The notes beneath the pieces are model-generated. The model ran no database searches and had not been told where the DNA came from. It saw only the letters and a program-made list of their open reading frames with translations. A DNA stretch of 64,000 bases from Moniliella sp. 'wahieum' (lineage: Eukaryota): positions 1 to 64,000 of the forward strand of contig RSEE01000071.1 of NCBI GenBank assembly GCA_003971905.1, read 5' to 3'. Positions 39,076-52,956 of the stretch are shown piece after piece. The number at the start of each line of letters is the position of its first letter. Positions within the stretch are counted from its first letter, which is position 1. Position numbers and translations under genes: made by a program.

Positions 39076-40049
39076 CTAGAGGCAAGAGACGCGGTGTTGG
39101 TTGCTTTGTTGCACTGGGTCGGTCGGCTGAGGCAGGCGCGCGCGCTCCGTCCTGCTCAGCCCGCAGGCAGGGGAGACAGCGCATGACAAGGCCGAATCCA
39201 CGGTGGCGCGATGGGCGTCAGGCCGCTGGAATGGGGGTGACTGAGTGGTGCGGAGCAGGGACAGGTTGTATGCGTCTGTATTACCGCGGAACGGTACGCC
39301 ATCCTGAGCAACGCTGGAGGGGAGATACGCGTGGTGGTCCCTCCAACTTGAGCGAGTGGTAGCACTGGCAAGACTGTGGGTGGCCGCAAACCCCCACTTT
39401 TGGCTCACGCCTGTGGCTCCCACGGAAGGGAGGGATGATGTGCCGTGTGGTACCGGCCTAGCAGGCACAAATGGTATGTTTCGAGAGATGTGAGAGGGTG
39501 TAGTACTCGTCGAAACTGGACTTGGTCCAGATCTCTTGGCGACCGCAACGCGTGCGCTTCCCGAACGAGTCCGCGTGCCCCGCCCCTGCTCGTCTCGAGG
39601 GGGGATGGGGGGAACAGCAGCGGCGCGTTTCAGTGCAACGCCATAACTGCGCACACTGGCCGTGTTCGGTGCGCGGTCCCAGACAAGTCGGCGGGGCAGT
39701 GGGGCCTGCCCGATCCTCCAGCTGGACCAGCTGCCAGGACCCGCAGGGCTGCTGAGGACAACGCCCCCGGATTGAGTGGTTGGGGTAGGCCGGAAGGCTC
39801 AGCGGGCGGTGCGGCTGGTACTACCGTCGCCGATGCCAAGGCACGCGTCGATTGGATCGCACCAGGCGAGTGGGCACGTGAGCAAGAAGGACCCGCGGCG
39901 CCACAGCTGGCGCTGGAGCTGGAACGGGAACGGGAGCTGGCCGAGGGCGGGGGGGTAGGCGACGGAGGCGCAGGGGGAGTGTGGTCGGGCCAAGCACTGC
40001 TGTCCGAGCTGTGGCCCTCGGCCGGCGTCTCGGGGGGCGAGGGCGCCAT
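39076..40049 (-). CDS. Ser/Pro-rich hypothetical protein (possibly an N-terminal extension of the aprataxin gene)
   Basis: Overlapping ORFs 39630-40049 and 39076-39654 on the same strand as HNT3. Confidence 0.3.
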
Positions 40050-40722
40050 GGACGAACGCGCGGGGACCAGGCGGAGGATGGTAGTGGGGGGTTACATGGT
40101 GACAGCAGCGGCGATGATGCAGATGGATGATGGCGACATCACTCGCATCACCGCGCATGCGTTGATACATAGGGAGGCACTGGGGCAGGGATGTCGCTGG
40201 GGCTAGGTGGATCTCCCAAAGGTGATTCTGGCGCCCCAGCTGGCACGATGGAGACGCGCCTATCGTCTGTGGCCGCCCATGGCTCCCCGTCGGGCGCAGC
40301 ACGCAGCTCAAGCTTGCGCCCAAGCGGCGCGATGGCGGTGGCGGCTTTTGGTCCGGGCGAGGAGGCACATGCCAGACTGCTGGAGACTGAGTTGAGTATA
40401 TGAGTACGAGTGCTGATCGCCCTCATCAGCCCTGGCGGGCGCCAAGCACAGGGCAACCCAGGGCAACCCTAGCAGCACGCGTGGGACAGCGCAAAACAAC
40501 ATGTTTTTCACAGTGCCCCCGCGCCAAGGCGATCGGCATGCGCTGTTTGTTGAGCCGTGGTTGTCTCCCGCGCGCACCGCCCTGTGCCACCGCCTTCAGC
40601 ATCCCCATTTCCATCCCCATTTCCGTTTCCTTTTCCATTTCCTTTTCCAACCCCTTCTCCCTCCCTCCCCCCTTCCCCCGTGCGCGTCTCCATCCTCCTC
40701 CGCCACCCACGAGCGGAGCGGC

Positions 40723-43700
40723 ATGGCCACTGCCGCCGAGACCGAGTCCGAGGGCGACGCCCATGCGATCGCCGTCTTTTTCAGCCACCAGCTCGGCCCC
40801 GACCCGGACGAGGGCGAGACGAGTTGGTCGCAGTCTGCCAACCAGAGCCTGAGCGTCAGTCGCGCCAGCTCTGACGTGCGTGACGATGGCCACCGCGTCG
40901 CCGTGCTGGCCCAACGTGCCCGGGCGGCCACCCACTCCCTCGCTTCGCCCCCGTCGGCGCTGGACCGGGAGGCGCAGCTTCGTGCCCACCTTCGTTTGGC
41001 TGCGGAGATTGGCCAGGCATTGGTGTGTCGGCAAGATGTGCTGGAGCGGCAGTTGCGGCGCGTGCAGGACGCGCGGGATGCGCGCGGCGACGAGGTAGAC
41101 CACCTTTCGACCCAGCAGCGCGGGGCCGAGAGGTCGCTGTGCCAGGTCCAAGCCACGCTCGATGCGGCCGAGGGAACGAACCGGAACTTGGTCCTGCAGC
41201 TGGATACGATGCGCACCCAGCTCGCCACTCTCAAGAAGGAGCATGCCAAGTGTGCCTACCTGTCGGCGCGCGTCGACACGCTGGTCAAGCAAGTGGACGA
41301 GGCGCGTGCCGAGGCGATGCAGGCCAAGCGCAAAGAAGAGCAGGCGACCGCGCTCGCCCGCCGTCTTGGCCGCCGCTCGGAGACGTTGGCGGAACAGTTG
41401 CGCGTGCGGGGAGCGAATGCAAGTGTTGGAGGCCCAGCTGGCGCCGATGGCGGGCGGAGAACGGGTGGTGCAGCTGGTCAAGGAGAACGAAGCGCTGCAG
41501 GAACAAAACAAAGCCGTGATGGACAAGTTGGAAGAGCAGGCAGAGGAGCTACAGGTGCTCAAGCAGGCTCGCTGGCAACACGCCCTGGGAAACAAACATC
41601 GACGCAGCCTTTCGCTCGCCACCTCGTATGGTCTCGAGTCTCCCAAGGAGCGCGACCTGCCGCTGCCCACGCCGGCGCTGGCCACGCGTTGCCCCCGGGC
41701 CAAGTCCAGCTCTTTTCCCGCGAAAGCAGCCGTCCCTCGTCGCCACTGTCACCGTTGGGCACCGCACGTGCTCCCTCGGTGGCCACCCTATCCTCTGCCT
41801 CCCACTCCCGCTCCAATTCGCGCGTGTCGTTGCACGCACGCACCCACTCGGTCCGCTCGCTCCGCAAGGCCAGCATGCCCCGGCCAGGATTGGATCCACC
41901 GTCGGAAGAAGCAGTTTCGCCACCGCTTGCGGCAGCGGCAGCCGCTGCACCTGCACCTGCACCTGCACCCACCTCCTCCTCGCCCCTGCTGTCGGTGGTG
42001 CCGTTGCCAGTGCCGAAGCGGCACGCCCACTCCGACTCGGTCGCGACCACCATCAGCATGTCCCAATCCCTCTCCTCTTCCTCGGGACGACGAGAATGTT
42101 CATTATCGGACGGGGCATGTGCCCCTGCCCCTGCCCCCCCCGCCAGTCCGGCTGTGCCACCGACCTCCCACGCAACTGTCGCCTGCCCCTCAGTCTTGCC
42201 CTACAGCGTCCCCGCCGTCGAGGTGGACCTAGCTCCGCCGCTGGTGGTACGAGAGACACGGACTGCGGTGCTCCCCGCTACTTGACACGGCCACCCGCCT
42301 CTCGACGCGCCTGGAGGAAACTACGTTGGCCACGCTCGAGCACCGGTTGAGCAAACAAAACCTCCCCTGTACCCCCGACTCGATCGCGCACCTGTCACGC
42401 ACCACCTTGGCCGCGCTGCATGCCGAGGCGGACGGGTTGAAGGAAAAGTTTCGTGTGTTGATCGATGCGGAGACGCGTGACGCGCGGGCGTCCGTGCCGG
42501 ACGCGAGCCGCGATGCGCATGCGCAACAGACGCATTCGCAGATGCAGACGCCACCACATGTCGGATCGCCCGCTGGGACGCAGATGGCATGTACGTCGCT
42601 CTTGACCCGGCGGGACTTTTTCGCGCTGGTCAAGGTCCTGCGCACCTTGCTCACCCACCTGGTGCACAACCAGGGCGAGCTGAACGAAGCGCGGCTACTG
42701 AAAGCAACGGCAGCCGAAGAGAAATCCTTGTTGCCTCTGCCGGCGACGTGGATCAGCAAAATGTTTAGTCTGAGTGGCGGTGCGCGCGACCCACCCGTCC
42801 CACCCACCCTCACCTTGTCCCCCGGCTCAGGCAGCGACCCTACTGCGCCCCCGTCGCCCCGGCCCGCGCGCACGCAGCCCATGCGCCCCCACCTCACCCC
42901 CGCCCTTGCATTTGGTGCGCTGGGCTCGTCCTTCGACCCGGACCTCGGCGGTCGACGGGACGTAGGTGTGAGCAGTGGGAGCGGCGGGAACGGTGGTGGC
43001 GGGGGGACTGTTACTGTCGGCCCCGACCCGGTCCCACCGGCGGAAGAGAACGAGCAAATGCTTCGACCCGGTGCTGGAGCACAACGCCGTCCCGAACAGA
43101 CGACGAGCGCGGTCCAGCGTCGGCGGGACGAGCGCGTGCTGTCGCGTCACTTATCGGGCTTGTTTGTGGGCGCGCTTGAGGGCCCGAGCAAACGCCCTGG
43201 GAGGGCCCGACGCAATTCCGAATCGTCCTTGCCGCCACGATCGGGACCGGTGGGACGTGCGCGCGCGAATGCACCCGCGAATGCAAATGGACGGCCACCA
43301 CCGGCCCCGACACCGACGCCGCCCCCGAGACCGCCACCACCACCGCACATGCTCACGGGTCCGGCGGCAGTTCGTCCGACGATCAGTTGCGCCACCGCCG
43401 ATGCGTTACCGCCTTGTCCACCCGCAGCTCCGGCTGCAGCGGGACTCCTACCCCCTGCTCTTGTTGCTGCTCCCTCGTCCCATTCCAATTCCCATTCCAA
43501 TTCCAATTCCCATTCCAATTCCAATGCCTCTTGCACCTCCACCTTCATCTCTACTTTCGCCTTCCCCTTCGCCTTCCCCTTCCACATTCACATCCGCATC
43601 CATTTTTGCCTACACCACGGCTACTGCCACGGGGTGCGATTCGGCGTTCGAGCGCGACGGCGCGGGCGAGTGGCCCGCCGACGCACCGCGTTCCCACCCG

Positions 43701-43855
43701 CCGCGGGCGGGCGCGTCCGCTTCGGGCATCACGCTCCGACGCACAGCGAGCAGCGCAGCCCGACGCGCTCCGCCGTGGTAACTGTCAACCGGGACCCGGC
43801 AAACGGGAAACGGGGAAAGGTATCCGTCTTCGTCCCGTGTCTCCGACCGTGTTAG
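40723..43855 (+). CDS. Coiled-coil protein with N-terminal CC1-box-like motif
   Basis: LRAHLRLAAEIGQALV followed by ~220 aa of E/Q/K/L-rich heptads; later LLTRRDFFALVKVLRTLL..GELNE; low-complexity tail; frameshifts. Confidence 0.65.
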
Positions 43856-44303
43856 ACGGATGTTGCTGCCCAACTGAGACCTGCGTCCGATAACCTCGGA
43901 CCCTGACCCCACCTTTTGTCCGTTCGTTCGTTTGTTCGTTTTGATCGTTTGGGTTTCCCCCACGATCCCTATCATCTGTCATCTTTCATCCGTCTTCCGT
44001 CTTCCATCCTTTGCCCTTTGTGCTTCGACCTTCGTCCTTCGTTTTCCTTCTTCCGGTTGCCCCCCCTCTCCTTTGCCCGCGCCTGACCTCACTCCTTTTT
44101 ACCACGTTCGCACCAGGGGGGGGGGGGGTAACCCTCCCTATTTCGTCTTCGGCGTCGTTTTCGTTTTTCTCTTCGTGGTTGGACAGCGGTTTGGTTTGCA
44201 CCGCCCCCCCCGGCCACGGTCGTTCTGTCGTTTCTCCTACATACTGTCATGCCATATCCTAATCTGTTTGTCCCATGCCACACTGGGCTACTGGGAAAAT
44301 ATA

Positions 44304-44470
44304 TCAGCTCTCAGCTTCTCAGCCTTTCGCTCTTAGCTCTTAGCTCTTCGCTCCTGGTTCTTAGCTCTTCGCTCCTGGCTCTTAGCTCTTCGCTCTTGGT
44401 TCTTAGCCCTTCGCCCTTAGCTCTTAGCGCGTAGCTCTTCGTTCTTAACGCTTAGCGCTTAGCGCTTATC
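44304..44470. repeat. 7-bp tandem array (CTTAGCT/CTTCGCT variants), about 20 units
   Basis: Read directly between convergent gene ends. Confidence 0.85.
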
Positions 44471-44859
44471 TCTCAGTCTGCGCGGCCTTGCGCGATGGCT
44501 AGCCTGCAGCAGTCCCAGGTACCAGGCACCAGGTTCCACGCTGGAATGCAAATGGCCAATACGCATCAGCTCTGCTCTCCAATCCGACCCAGGGTACCGA
44601 ACGGCGAGACGAGGTAGGGCGGGACAAGAAAGACAAGCAGAAACCCAAACCCAAAAACCACAACCCAAACCAAAACCAAAACCAAAAACCGAAACCAAAA
44701 AGAACCCCAACCCAGCCCAGTGCGGCGGGACGACAGGATGGGATGGCATGCGATGGGAGACAAAGGGATGGGAGACAAAGGGATGGGAGACAAAGGGATG
44801 GGAGAAGACAGGCTGGGACAGGATGGGATGGGATGGGATGGGATGAGGAGGGATCGGAT

Positions 44860-46632
44860 CAGGGCTAAGCGCCAATACGCGCGCCGGGGGGCGGGCAAAC
44901 CCATGGGGAGCTTGAGCAAGGAGGATCTTAAGCCGTTCCGTAGCCGCGCGAGCTTCGGGGCGTGCGTCAGGGCGTGCCCACGCGGCGGGTGGAGTGGGTC
45001 ATGCAGCGCGCGCGTGAGCAGGTTGACAAGTTTAGTCCACTGCCGGCCGTACCCGCCCATCTCGTGTCCTGCCACATCCAGCAGACGGCCCATAAGGTCG
45101 GTGCGAGCCAGTGGCCGTCGAGCGGGGCGGCGGTAGCGCGCGCGCCCCCCCCAGAGCGCGGCAGGACGCCATGTGGACGCCAGTGCGCCGGGCGGGTGCG
45201 AAGTCGAAGTCGAGGGCGAGGGCAGGGGGCAGAACAGACGGCGACGTAGAGCGCAAAGATGCCGGCCATACGGGACGAGTAGAGGTTGCTTGCCTCGGCT
45301 GGTTTGCCGCCTTGGATCCGGAGGTAGTCCTCCTCCGTGTCGGTGGCCGAGCGCGGCGGCACGTACGCCAAGCACCACACGCACTTTTTCGTCAGGCGAG
45401 CCATGAGGATCGGGCCGAGACCCGGATGGGAGAATAAGAGCGACTGGGTGAGCAGCGCAAGCGGGAACGCGGCCGCTTGGTTGGTCGTCACCTCGGTCTC
45501 CGCTTGGCGAATGATGCACTTGGCAAGATGGTTCAGGATAAACACATCCAGTACCGAGCCCACCTTGATCTCGGCGGCTGATGTGGCGGCGGCGGGGGTG
45601 GAGGACGCAGCGTCGGCATCCGCGTCGGTCAGGGCTACCACCTCGACTGACGCGGGCAGTGCCGGCGCGGCAGGCGCATCGGTCATGGCCTGCACCTCGT
45701 CCAGTACCTCGGCCACTTGACGTGTCACGCGCTCGATTTCGGAGCGGGAATGGGTGAGTTGACCCAGACGGCCAGTAATGCGCGCCTTGGAGCGGAACAA
45801 GCGTTTGCGCCAGACATCGTTCGCTTTCACTTGGGGCAAGACGGTTTTGACCAGGGCCATGACGCGTGTCCAGTGGGCATAGTTGGCCTGGGCTGAGCCC
45901 ATGGCCTGGCCACCGCGGGCGAGATCGCGGTCGCGCGCCTCTTGTTGCTCCCGCGCGTGTTGCAGCTGGCGCTCGCGCTCGGACTGGGCCTTGGCTTGGG
46001 CCTCGGCGGCCTGCTGGGCCTCGCGCTGTTTCTGCTGGGCAGCCTGCGCCTTGGCCTGGGCGGCGTCGGCGGCACGCTGGCGAGCTTGCTGGTACGCCTG
46101 CCGTTCGGCCTCGGCGCGGGCCAGGGCCTTGTCGACCTGGGCCAGGGCACGCTCGATGCGCTCGGGCGCGGGTCGCCGGCGAGCGGGGCGAGCACACGCG
46201 CCTCGGCCGCCTGCTGGTCCAGGTCGAGGCGCGCAGCAGCGCACGCACCGCCTGCTCGTCTTGTTGCTGCTGTTGCTGTTGTTGCTGGTGGAGGGTGCGG
46301 GGGGGGGCGGGGGCGGGACGGAGGCCGGGAGGGGCGGGGCGGGGGGCAGGGCGGCGTGTGGGAGCGGGAGCGGGGGCGGGAGGGGGAGCGGGAGGGGCTT
46401 GGAGGGGCCATGTCGAGCTGCCAGGGATCGGGGGGGGCGGTGGCCCAGCGGAGGGCGAGGCGGGCATGGGGGTCGAGGGGCGGCGGTGGCGGTGGGCGGC
46501 GAGGGCGGGGGCGAGGGCGCGGAGGAGGCGGTGGAGGTGGTGGTGCGTGCCGGCTGGAGCCGGGCGGGGTGGCGTGTGGGCGGGGGCGGGAGGGCGCGCG
46601 CGGGCTGGCCGACACAAGCGGCCGTGCGGCAT
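44860..46632 (-). CDS. GLE1: mRNA export factor Gle1
   Basis: Coiled coil, then VKTVLPQVK..ITGRLGQLT, FILNHLAKCIIRQAETEV..AAFPLA, LMARLTKKCVW, YSSRMAGIFALY; ends approximate. Confidence 0.82.
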
Positions 46633-46832
46633 GCGGCGGTGGCGGCGGTGCTGCTGCTGCGCGCGCATACACGCCCCCGTGCAGCCCCCCCCCCCCGGCG
46701 GAATGCGCCCCTTCCGCCCCGGCACGTGCGAGCCGCGCAGAAAAAAACACGCGCAAGGACAGCGCCAGTGGCGCGTGGCGCTGACATCATCCGGCGGCGG
46801 GTGCTGCGCTCGGCCGGCGGCGGCGCGGCGGG

Positions 46833-46862
46833 TATATATGGGCGCAGAGACGGGCGTATATA
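46833..46862. promoter_or_regulatory. Two TATATA elements in the GLE1/MOT1 divergent promoter
   Basis: TATATA at 46833-46838 and 46857-46862 in otherwise very GC-rich DNA. Confidence 0.5.
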
Positions 46863-46912
46863 GGGCCGCCCCCCCGCCCCCGCCCGCCGCAGCAGACCGC
46901 AACGCCCCCCCC

Positions 46913-49900
46913 ATGGCCGCCACGCGTACGCACCCCCCTGCACGTGACCCCCGACCTGACTCCCCCCCACCCCACAGGCTCGACCGCCTCGTCGCGCTCC
47001 TCGACTCGGGCGCCTCGCCCGCCGTCCAGCAACCGCCGCCGTCCAGCTCGGCGAGGTCGCCCGCGCCGCCAGCCCCGCCGACGCCCTCCTCCTCCTCGCC
47101 AAGGTCCTCCCCCGCCTCCGCAGCCCCTCTGGGACACCCGCACCGCCGCCGCCGCCGTCCACGCCATTGCCGCCGCCGTCCCCGCCGCCTTTTCCGCCCC
47201 GCCCCCTCCCCCGAAACTGGCCCCGGCCCCAGCACCACCAACCCCCCCCACCACCCCCGCCCGTCCGCCTCACCTTCGCCGCCTTCTCCCCCGCACGTGC
47301 TCGCCACCGGCACCCGCCTCCTCGCCTCCCGCGGCACCGAGTACACCGCCCCCCCGCCCACCCATGCCCACGACCGCCTCGCCGCCGCACCACAACCTGG
47401 CCCAGCTCGGGCTCACCATGCCCGGCATGGACCCCGCCTCGCTCGGCATGGACCTCGACACGGAGCTAGCCAGCACCGCTGCCGACCCAGCGTCGGCTCC
47501 TGCTCTCGCGCCTCCCCCCCTGCCCCCGCCGGGCCACGCCAGTCCCGCCCGCTCCCTCCGCTCCTCCCCCCCCGCCGCTGCCGCATCCACGCCCACCCCC
47601 AGCCTACCCCCACACCCACCCTCGATCTGTCGACGCTCAGTGCGCGCGAGCGCAACCAACTCAAGCGCAAGCGCAAGCTCGATGCCAAGCCCACGCTGCC
47701 GTCCAGACGCGTGTGCTGGAGGAAGGAGCGAGTGGGGGTGAGCCGAGCAGTCCGCGTGTGCGTCACCGTCGACGGCGGAGCCGGTGCCGGTGGAGCCGGT
47801 GGACCCGGGTGAGGCGCTGGCCTATGTCCCTCCGCCGGCGAATGGCCCTTTACGATTATTGTGCAGGTGTTGGCTGGGGACCTGTTTGATCCCAGTGGTC
47901 GTCCGGCACGGCGCTTCGTTAGGTCTGCGCAGTCTGATCCAGACGCATGGCGCGCAGGGCGGCATGCGCGCCGGGGCGAGCACAGAGGAAATGAGGTGCT
48001 GCATGCGGAATGGTGTGACGACCTGGCACTTCGTCTCTTGTCTGTCTCAGCCTCGACCGGCTGGCCGACTTTATCTTTGACCATGTGGTAGCGCGCCGTG
48101 CGGGAGACAGCGTCGCAGACGCTGGTGCTCTGTTGCGCGTCATGCCTGCGCCCGGCATTCGTTCCAACCCAGTCCTCATCCAGATGATCCGCCAAGACCA
48201 TCTGTGTGCCCAGCCGGGCCGCCGGTCGACCGCACGGTCGAAGGCTATTCGTGGAAGTGCGCCATGCCGGCTTTTTGGGCCTCAAGTAAATTGGCACTCC
48301 AACAGCCGCCCCCCACCCTCGATCCTCAACAAACGTCCTTGATCGCCGCCGAGCAACGCTTGGCCGACGAGGCCGATGCTCATCGCTCCATCCCAGCACC
48401 CAAACCCGCTCCGCCAACTGAACACCTGGACCTACACCGACTTGGTTGCTACCCTACCCGAGATTGTCGACGTGGTCAACTTGGGGTACGTACTGGCCGT
48501 TGCATTTTATCCCATTCCTTTCCTTGAGATCTCGTTTCCGAGACAACCAGAGAACTAACGTGAGAGAGTAGATTGCAAGACGACGACGATGATATTCGCG
48601 GTGTGCAGCATCGATGCTCGTTCCGGCTGTGCCGGCGATCGTGCAGGACCTGCCTTCGTACCTCCCGGCGCTGCTCGACCGCGTGTGGGGGTCGCTCCTG
48701 ATCCCACGCGACGAACTGAGCAGCTCGTTGAGCGATAGCATGCAACTCCTCGCTGCGCTCGTGGCCCAGCCCACTGTCGCCCACTGGCTCGCACCTCCCC
48801 AACCAGTCGACCAGTCCCAACCCGAGTTCTCCAGTAAATCCGAACCCAAGTCCGAGCCCAACGCCCCAGTAAAGTCTGAACCCCACGTCCCAGTAAAGTC
48901 CGAGCCCAACGCCGCAATAAAGACCGAGGTGAAGACCGAAACCGACGAGGCCGACGCAGCGGCCGACACGGACGCGATGCGAAATCTGTGCGCCTGCAGT
49001 CGCTCGATGGAGCTTGTGCGCCGTCGCTTGCTGAGCTCGTGCCGGCTCTCTACCCTTTTTCCGGCACACGATCACGCGGGTTCGAGCCAGTGCAGTGGCG
49101 ACGCTAGGAGCGTTTTTGAAGTTGCACGGGGTGGCGCGGTGGGCGGATGCACGACCGTTTCGGCTGCTGCTGCAGAACATGGTGGTGGAGACGCATGCGC
49201 CGTTACGCGCGGCAAGTTCCGATGCGTGGAAACAGTTGGTCCATGCGCTAGCGCCCACAACCGACGACTGGGTGGATGCCCTAGCGCCCTACTTGAGCAG
49301 TATGCTCGGTATCCTCATGACCCGCTCGGGCAAGCGTTCGATTCTGCTCTCTTCTTCACCCCCGGCCGCGGCGGGGTGGACAAGGCCATGCTGGCACAGG
49401 ACATGACGCTCGTTTCGGTTGACAGTTTGATTCGTGGACGGCTCGGTGCGGCCGATGCGATGGGCGAGTTAGTGGCGTTGTGGCCGAGCGCACGCCGCGC
49501 CGAAGACTTTGGCGTGTTGCTGGCCTACCTTGGCTCAGCCAGCGCGTTGCAACGCTGTTTGGCCGCGGTGGTGGTGCAAGCGTGGGCCGAGGCAGATGGA
49601 GCGGCACTGTCGTCGCACGAAGATCAAGATCAAGATGAAGATGGCTTGGCGAACGCCGTACAGGCTCACCTCGTCACTGCGCTGGACCAGCCGCCGACGG
49701 AAACGTATGCCGAAATGACGTTTTTGCTGGCGCGGGTTCATACGGAGGCGCAGGCGTTGCTGGCTACCTTTGTGCGCGAGGGCAAGCTCAAGAAGGACGT
49801 GGTGCCGACGCTGCCGATGAATTTGGATGCGACAGGCGAGGCCGAGGGCGCATTTAGCTTGGCTGACGCCAAGCAGCTGCCGCCGCCCAACCTATGCCGC

Positions 49901-52900
49901 GTTGACGGCCAAGCTGGGTCCGCGCATTCGTCGGACCGCGCTGCCGCTGGTGGAGGCCAAGCTGCGCGGGTTGGTCGCGGCAATTGGGGTGTGCGAGTCG
50001 GCCAAGGCGAAACAGGACAACCAAGTGTACGCTGCGTTGGCCGGGGCGGTAGTGGCACTGGGCAAGTTGCCGCCCAAACTCAACCCCGTCATTCGCAGCA
50101 TCATGAACAGCATCAAATTTGAAGACAACCCGGACCTGCAGGCCCGCTCGGCCCGCTCCATTGCCCACTTGGTCCAGGTATGTGTCCGGCCGGGCAGCCA
50201 GGCCAACCCGACCCCAAGGTAGTCAAGAACCTGTGTGCATTTGTCTGTCAGGACGTGGCCGAGACGCCCGTCTTTGCCCTGACGCCTACCGATGGGATCC
50301 TGCTCTTACCCGAACGCCGCACGCCCGATCCCAGCCCGCTGCCCGATGGTGTGCGCATCCGGCGCGGGGCCCAGGTCGCGCTCGGCGCGCTGGCCGAACA
50401 GTTTGGACCTGACCTCTTCACGGCCGTCCCGGCGATTTGGGATGCGATTTCGGCGTCGCTGGTGCGGGTCACCTCGGGCGACGCGGCCGCGCTGAATGCG
50501 GCGGTTCGAGAGGACAAGAATGGACAGGGCGTGCTGGATGGCCTGACAGTGCTGCGGACTGTACTGCCGTGCTTGTCGGCGAAGCTGGAGGATACCCTGT
50601 CGGGGGGTTGGAGCGGGTGGGCTTGGTGCTGCAGAGCGAGCTGGCGCTGCTGCGTGCTGCTGCGGCCGAGACGATGGCCAGGATGGCATGCAGTTTTGCC
50701 CCGCTGACGATGCGCTACCTCATCACGCGCGTCGTTCCCTTGCTGGACGATGCGGGCTCGTTGAGCAACCGACAAGGCGGACCGAAGCGCTCGCTCTGAC
50801 GGTGCGTGCGCTCGAGCTGGACGTGCTGCCCTACTTGGTATTTCTGTTGGTCCCGCTCCTCGGGCGGATGGGGGATGCGAACGATGAGATCCGCCTGCTG
50901 GCCACCTCGACGTTTGGCACATTGGTGCAGATGGTGCCGTTGGAGCAGGGGCTTCCGGACCCGGTCGATTTCCCTGCTGAGCTGTTGGCGCAGCGCAGTG
51001 AGCAGCGCGCGTTTCTCACCCAACTCTTGGGCGACAACAAGGTGGAAGAGTACAAGGTGCCCGTGGAGCTGAGCATTCCACTGCGTCCGTACCAGCTCAA
51101 GGGCGTTTCGTGGCTTGCGTTTTTGGCGCGGTACCGGCTGCATGGGGCGTTGTGCGACGATATGGGGCTGGGCAAACGTTGCAATCGATTGCCATCTTGG
51201 CTTCGAGCCACTTTGAACGACGCAACGATCCGGTCCGCGTGCCGAGCTTGGTGGTGTGTCCACCGACGTTGACGGGCCACTGGGTGCACGAGCTGGCGCG
51301 CTATGCGCCGAGCTGCAACGTTGTTGTTGGGTGGCTCGCCGACGGAGCGGGCGCAGCAGGCGCAGCGGGTGAGCGAGTACCAGGTCGTCGTCACATCGTA
51401 CGAGGTGGTACGGAACGACATTGAGACGTTGAGTAGGCAAGCGTGGAACTACTGTATCTTGGACGGGCCATGTGATCAAGAATGCCAAGACCAAGACGAC
51501 GCGGGCGGTGAAACGGTTACGGGCGCACCACCGGTTGCTCTTGTCGGGTACGCCGGTACAGAATTCAGTGTTGGAACTGTGGTCGTTGTTTGATTTCCTC
51601 ATGCCGGGCTTTTTGGGGTCGGAAAAAACAATTCCACGAGCGCTTTGCCAAGCCCATCTTGGCCACCCGCGATGGCAAGGCAACCAAAAAGGAACGCGAA
51701 CGCGCCGACGTGGCATTGGAAGCGTTGCACCGCCAAGTCTTGCCTTTTATCCTGCGCCGGCTCAAGGAAGAAGTCTTGGACGATCTGCCGCCCAAGATCA
51801 TCCAGGACATCCAGGTCGACCTCTCCCCGCCCAGGCCGAGTTGTACGACGACTTTTCACATGCCCATTCAGGCGAACTGGCACAACTCGACCACGCCGCC
51901 ACTGCGTCCGCAGCAGAAGCCTCGGCCCAGTCGCCCTCGCAACCGCAATCGCAATCGCAATCGCAATCGGCCTCGAACGAGGGAGCCAAGCAAAATACGT
52001 TCCAAACGTTGCAATATTTGCGCAAGCTGGTCAACCACCCTTTGATGGTCCTCGACCCGTCCTTGCCGCGCCACCGGGCGCTGCAAGCGCGGCTGGAAAA
52101 GACGGCACCGCTAACGTCGTATGTGCATTCGCCCAAGTTGCTCGCGTTAAAGTGCGTATGGAATCTGTGTGGGGGAGGGGGGGGTGCGTGGAAAGTGGTG
52201 CAGTGGACTGACCTTGCTGGGATGCGTTGGCGGTGCGGGTGGGGTGCGGGCTAAACAGACAATTGTTAACGGACTGTGGGATTGGGGCTACGTCGGACGC
52301 GGGGGAGGTGGGGGTGGATGCGGTGAGCCAGCATCGGGTGCTGGTATTTTGCCAAATGAAGGCCATGTTGGATCTGGTCGAGACGAGCTTGTTCAAAGAG
52401 ATGCCGTCGGTGTCGTACTTGCGTCTGGACGGGGGGTGGCGTCGGACAAGCGGTTCGAGCTGGTGCAGCGGTTCAATTCGGACCCGTCGATCGATGTGTT
52501 GCTGCTGACAACGTCGGTGGGCGGGCTAGGCTTGACGCTGACCGGGGCGGATACGGTGGTGTTTTTGGAGCACGACTGGAACCCGATGAAAGATCTGCAG
52601 GCGATGGACCGCGCCCACCGTCTGGGGCAGAAGAAGGGGTGAATGTGTACCGCCTCATCAGCAAGAACACGCTCGAAGCGCGCATCATGGGCTTGCAGCG
52701 CTTCAAGTTGGCCGTGGCCAACACGGTCGTGGCCGACGGCAACAAGCACGGCCTCGAAGGCATGGGCGACGCCCATGTGCTCGACCTGTTTGCGCCGGGC
52801 AAGGCCGCCCAGGGCACGCCCGACGCGGGCGCAGCCAGCAAGACGGCCGCTGGCCCTCGCCGCGCTCCGCGCGGCGTGGGGATGGGACCCAAGGTGGACG

Positions 52901-52956
52901 ACAAGCCGGATACGGAGGAGGCCGAGTACGCGGGCATGCAGAGCTGGGCCGGGTAG
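46913..52956 (+). CDS. MOT1: TBP-associated SNF2 ATPase Mot1/BTAF1
   Basis: [139 protein letters not shown]; introns and frameshifts. Confidence 0.95.

Noticed and set aside
44304..44470. CRISPR array
   Set aside because: Contiguous 7-mers with no spacers, eukaryotic context and no cas genes
44566..47812. Very long Gly/Arg/Pro-rich ORFs (931, 808, 648 aa) in the ORF track
   Set aside because: Shadow frames of GC-rich GLE1/MOT1 DNA; only parts are the real frames
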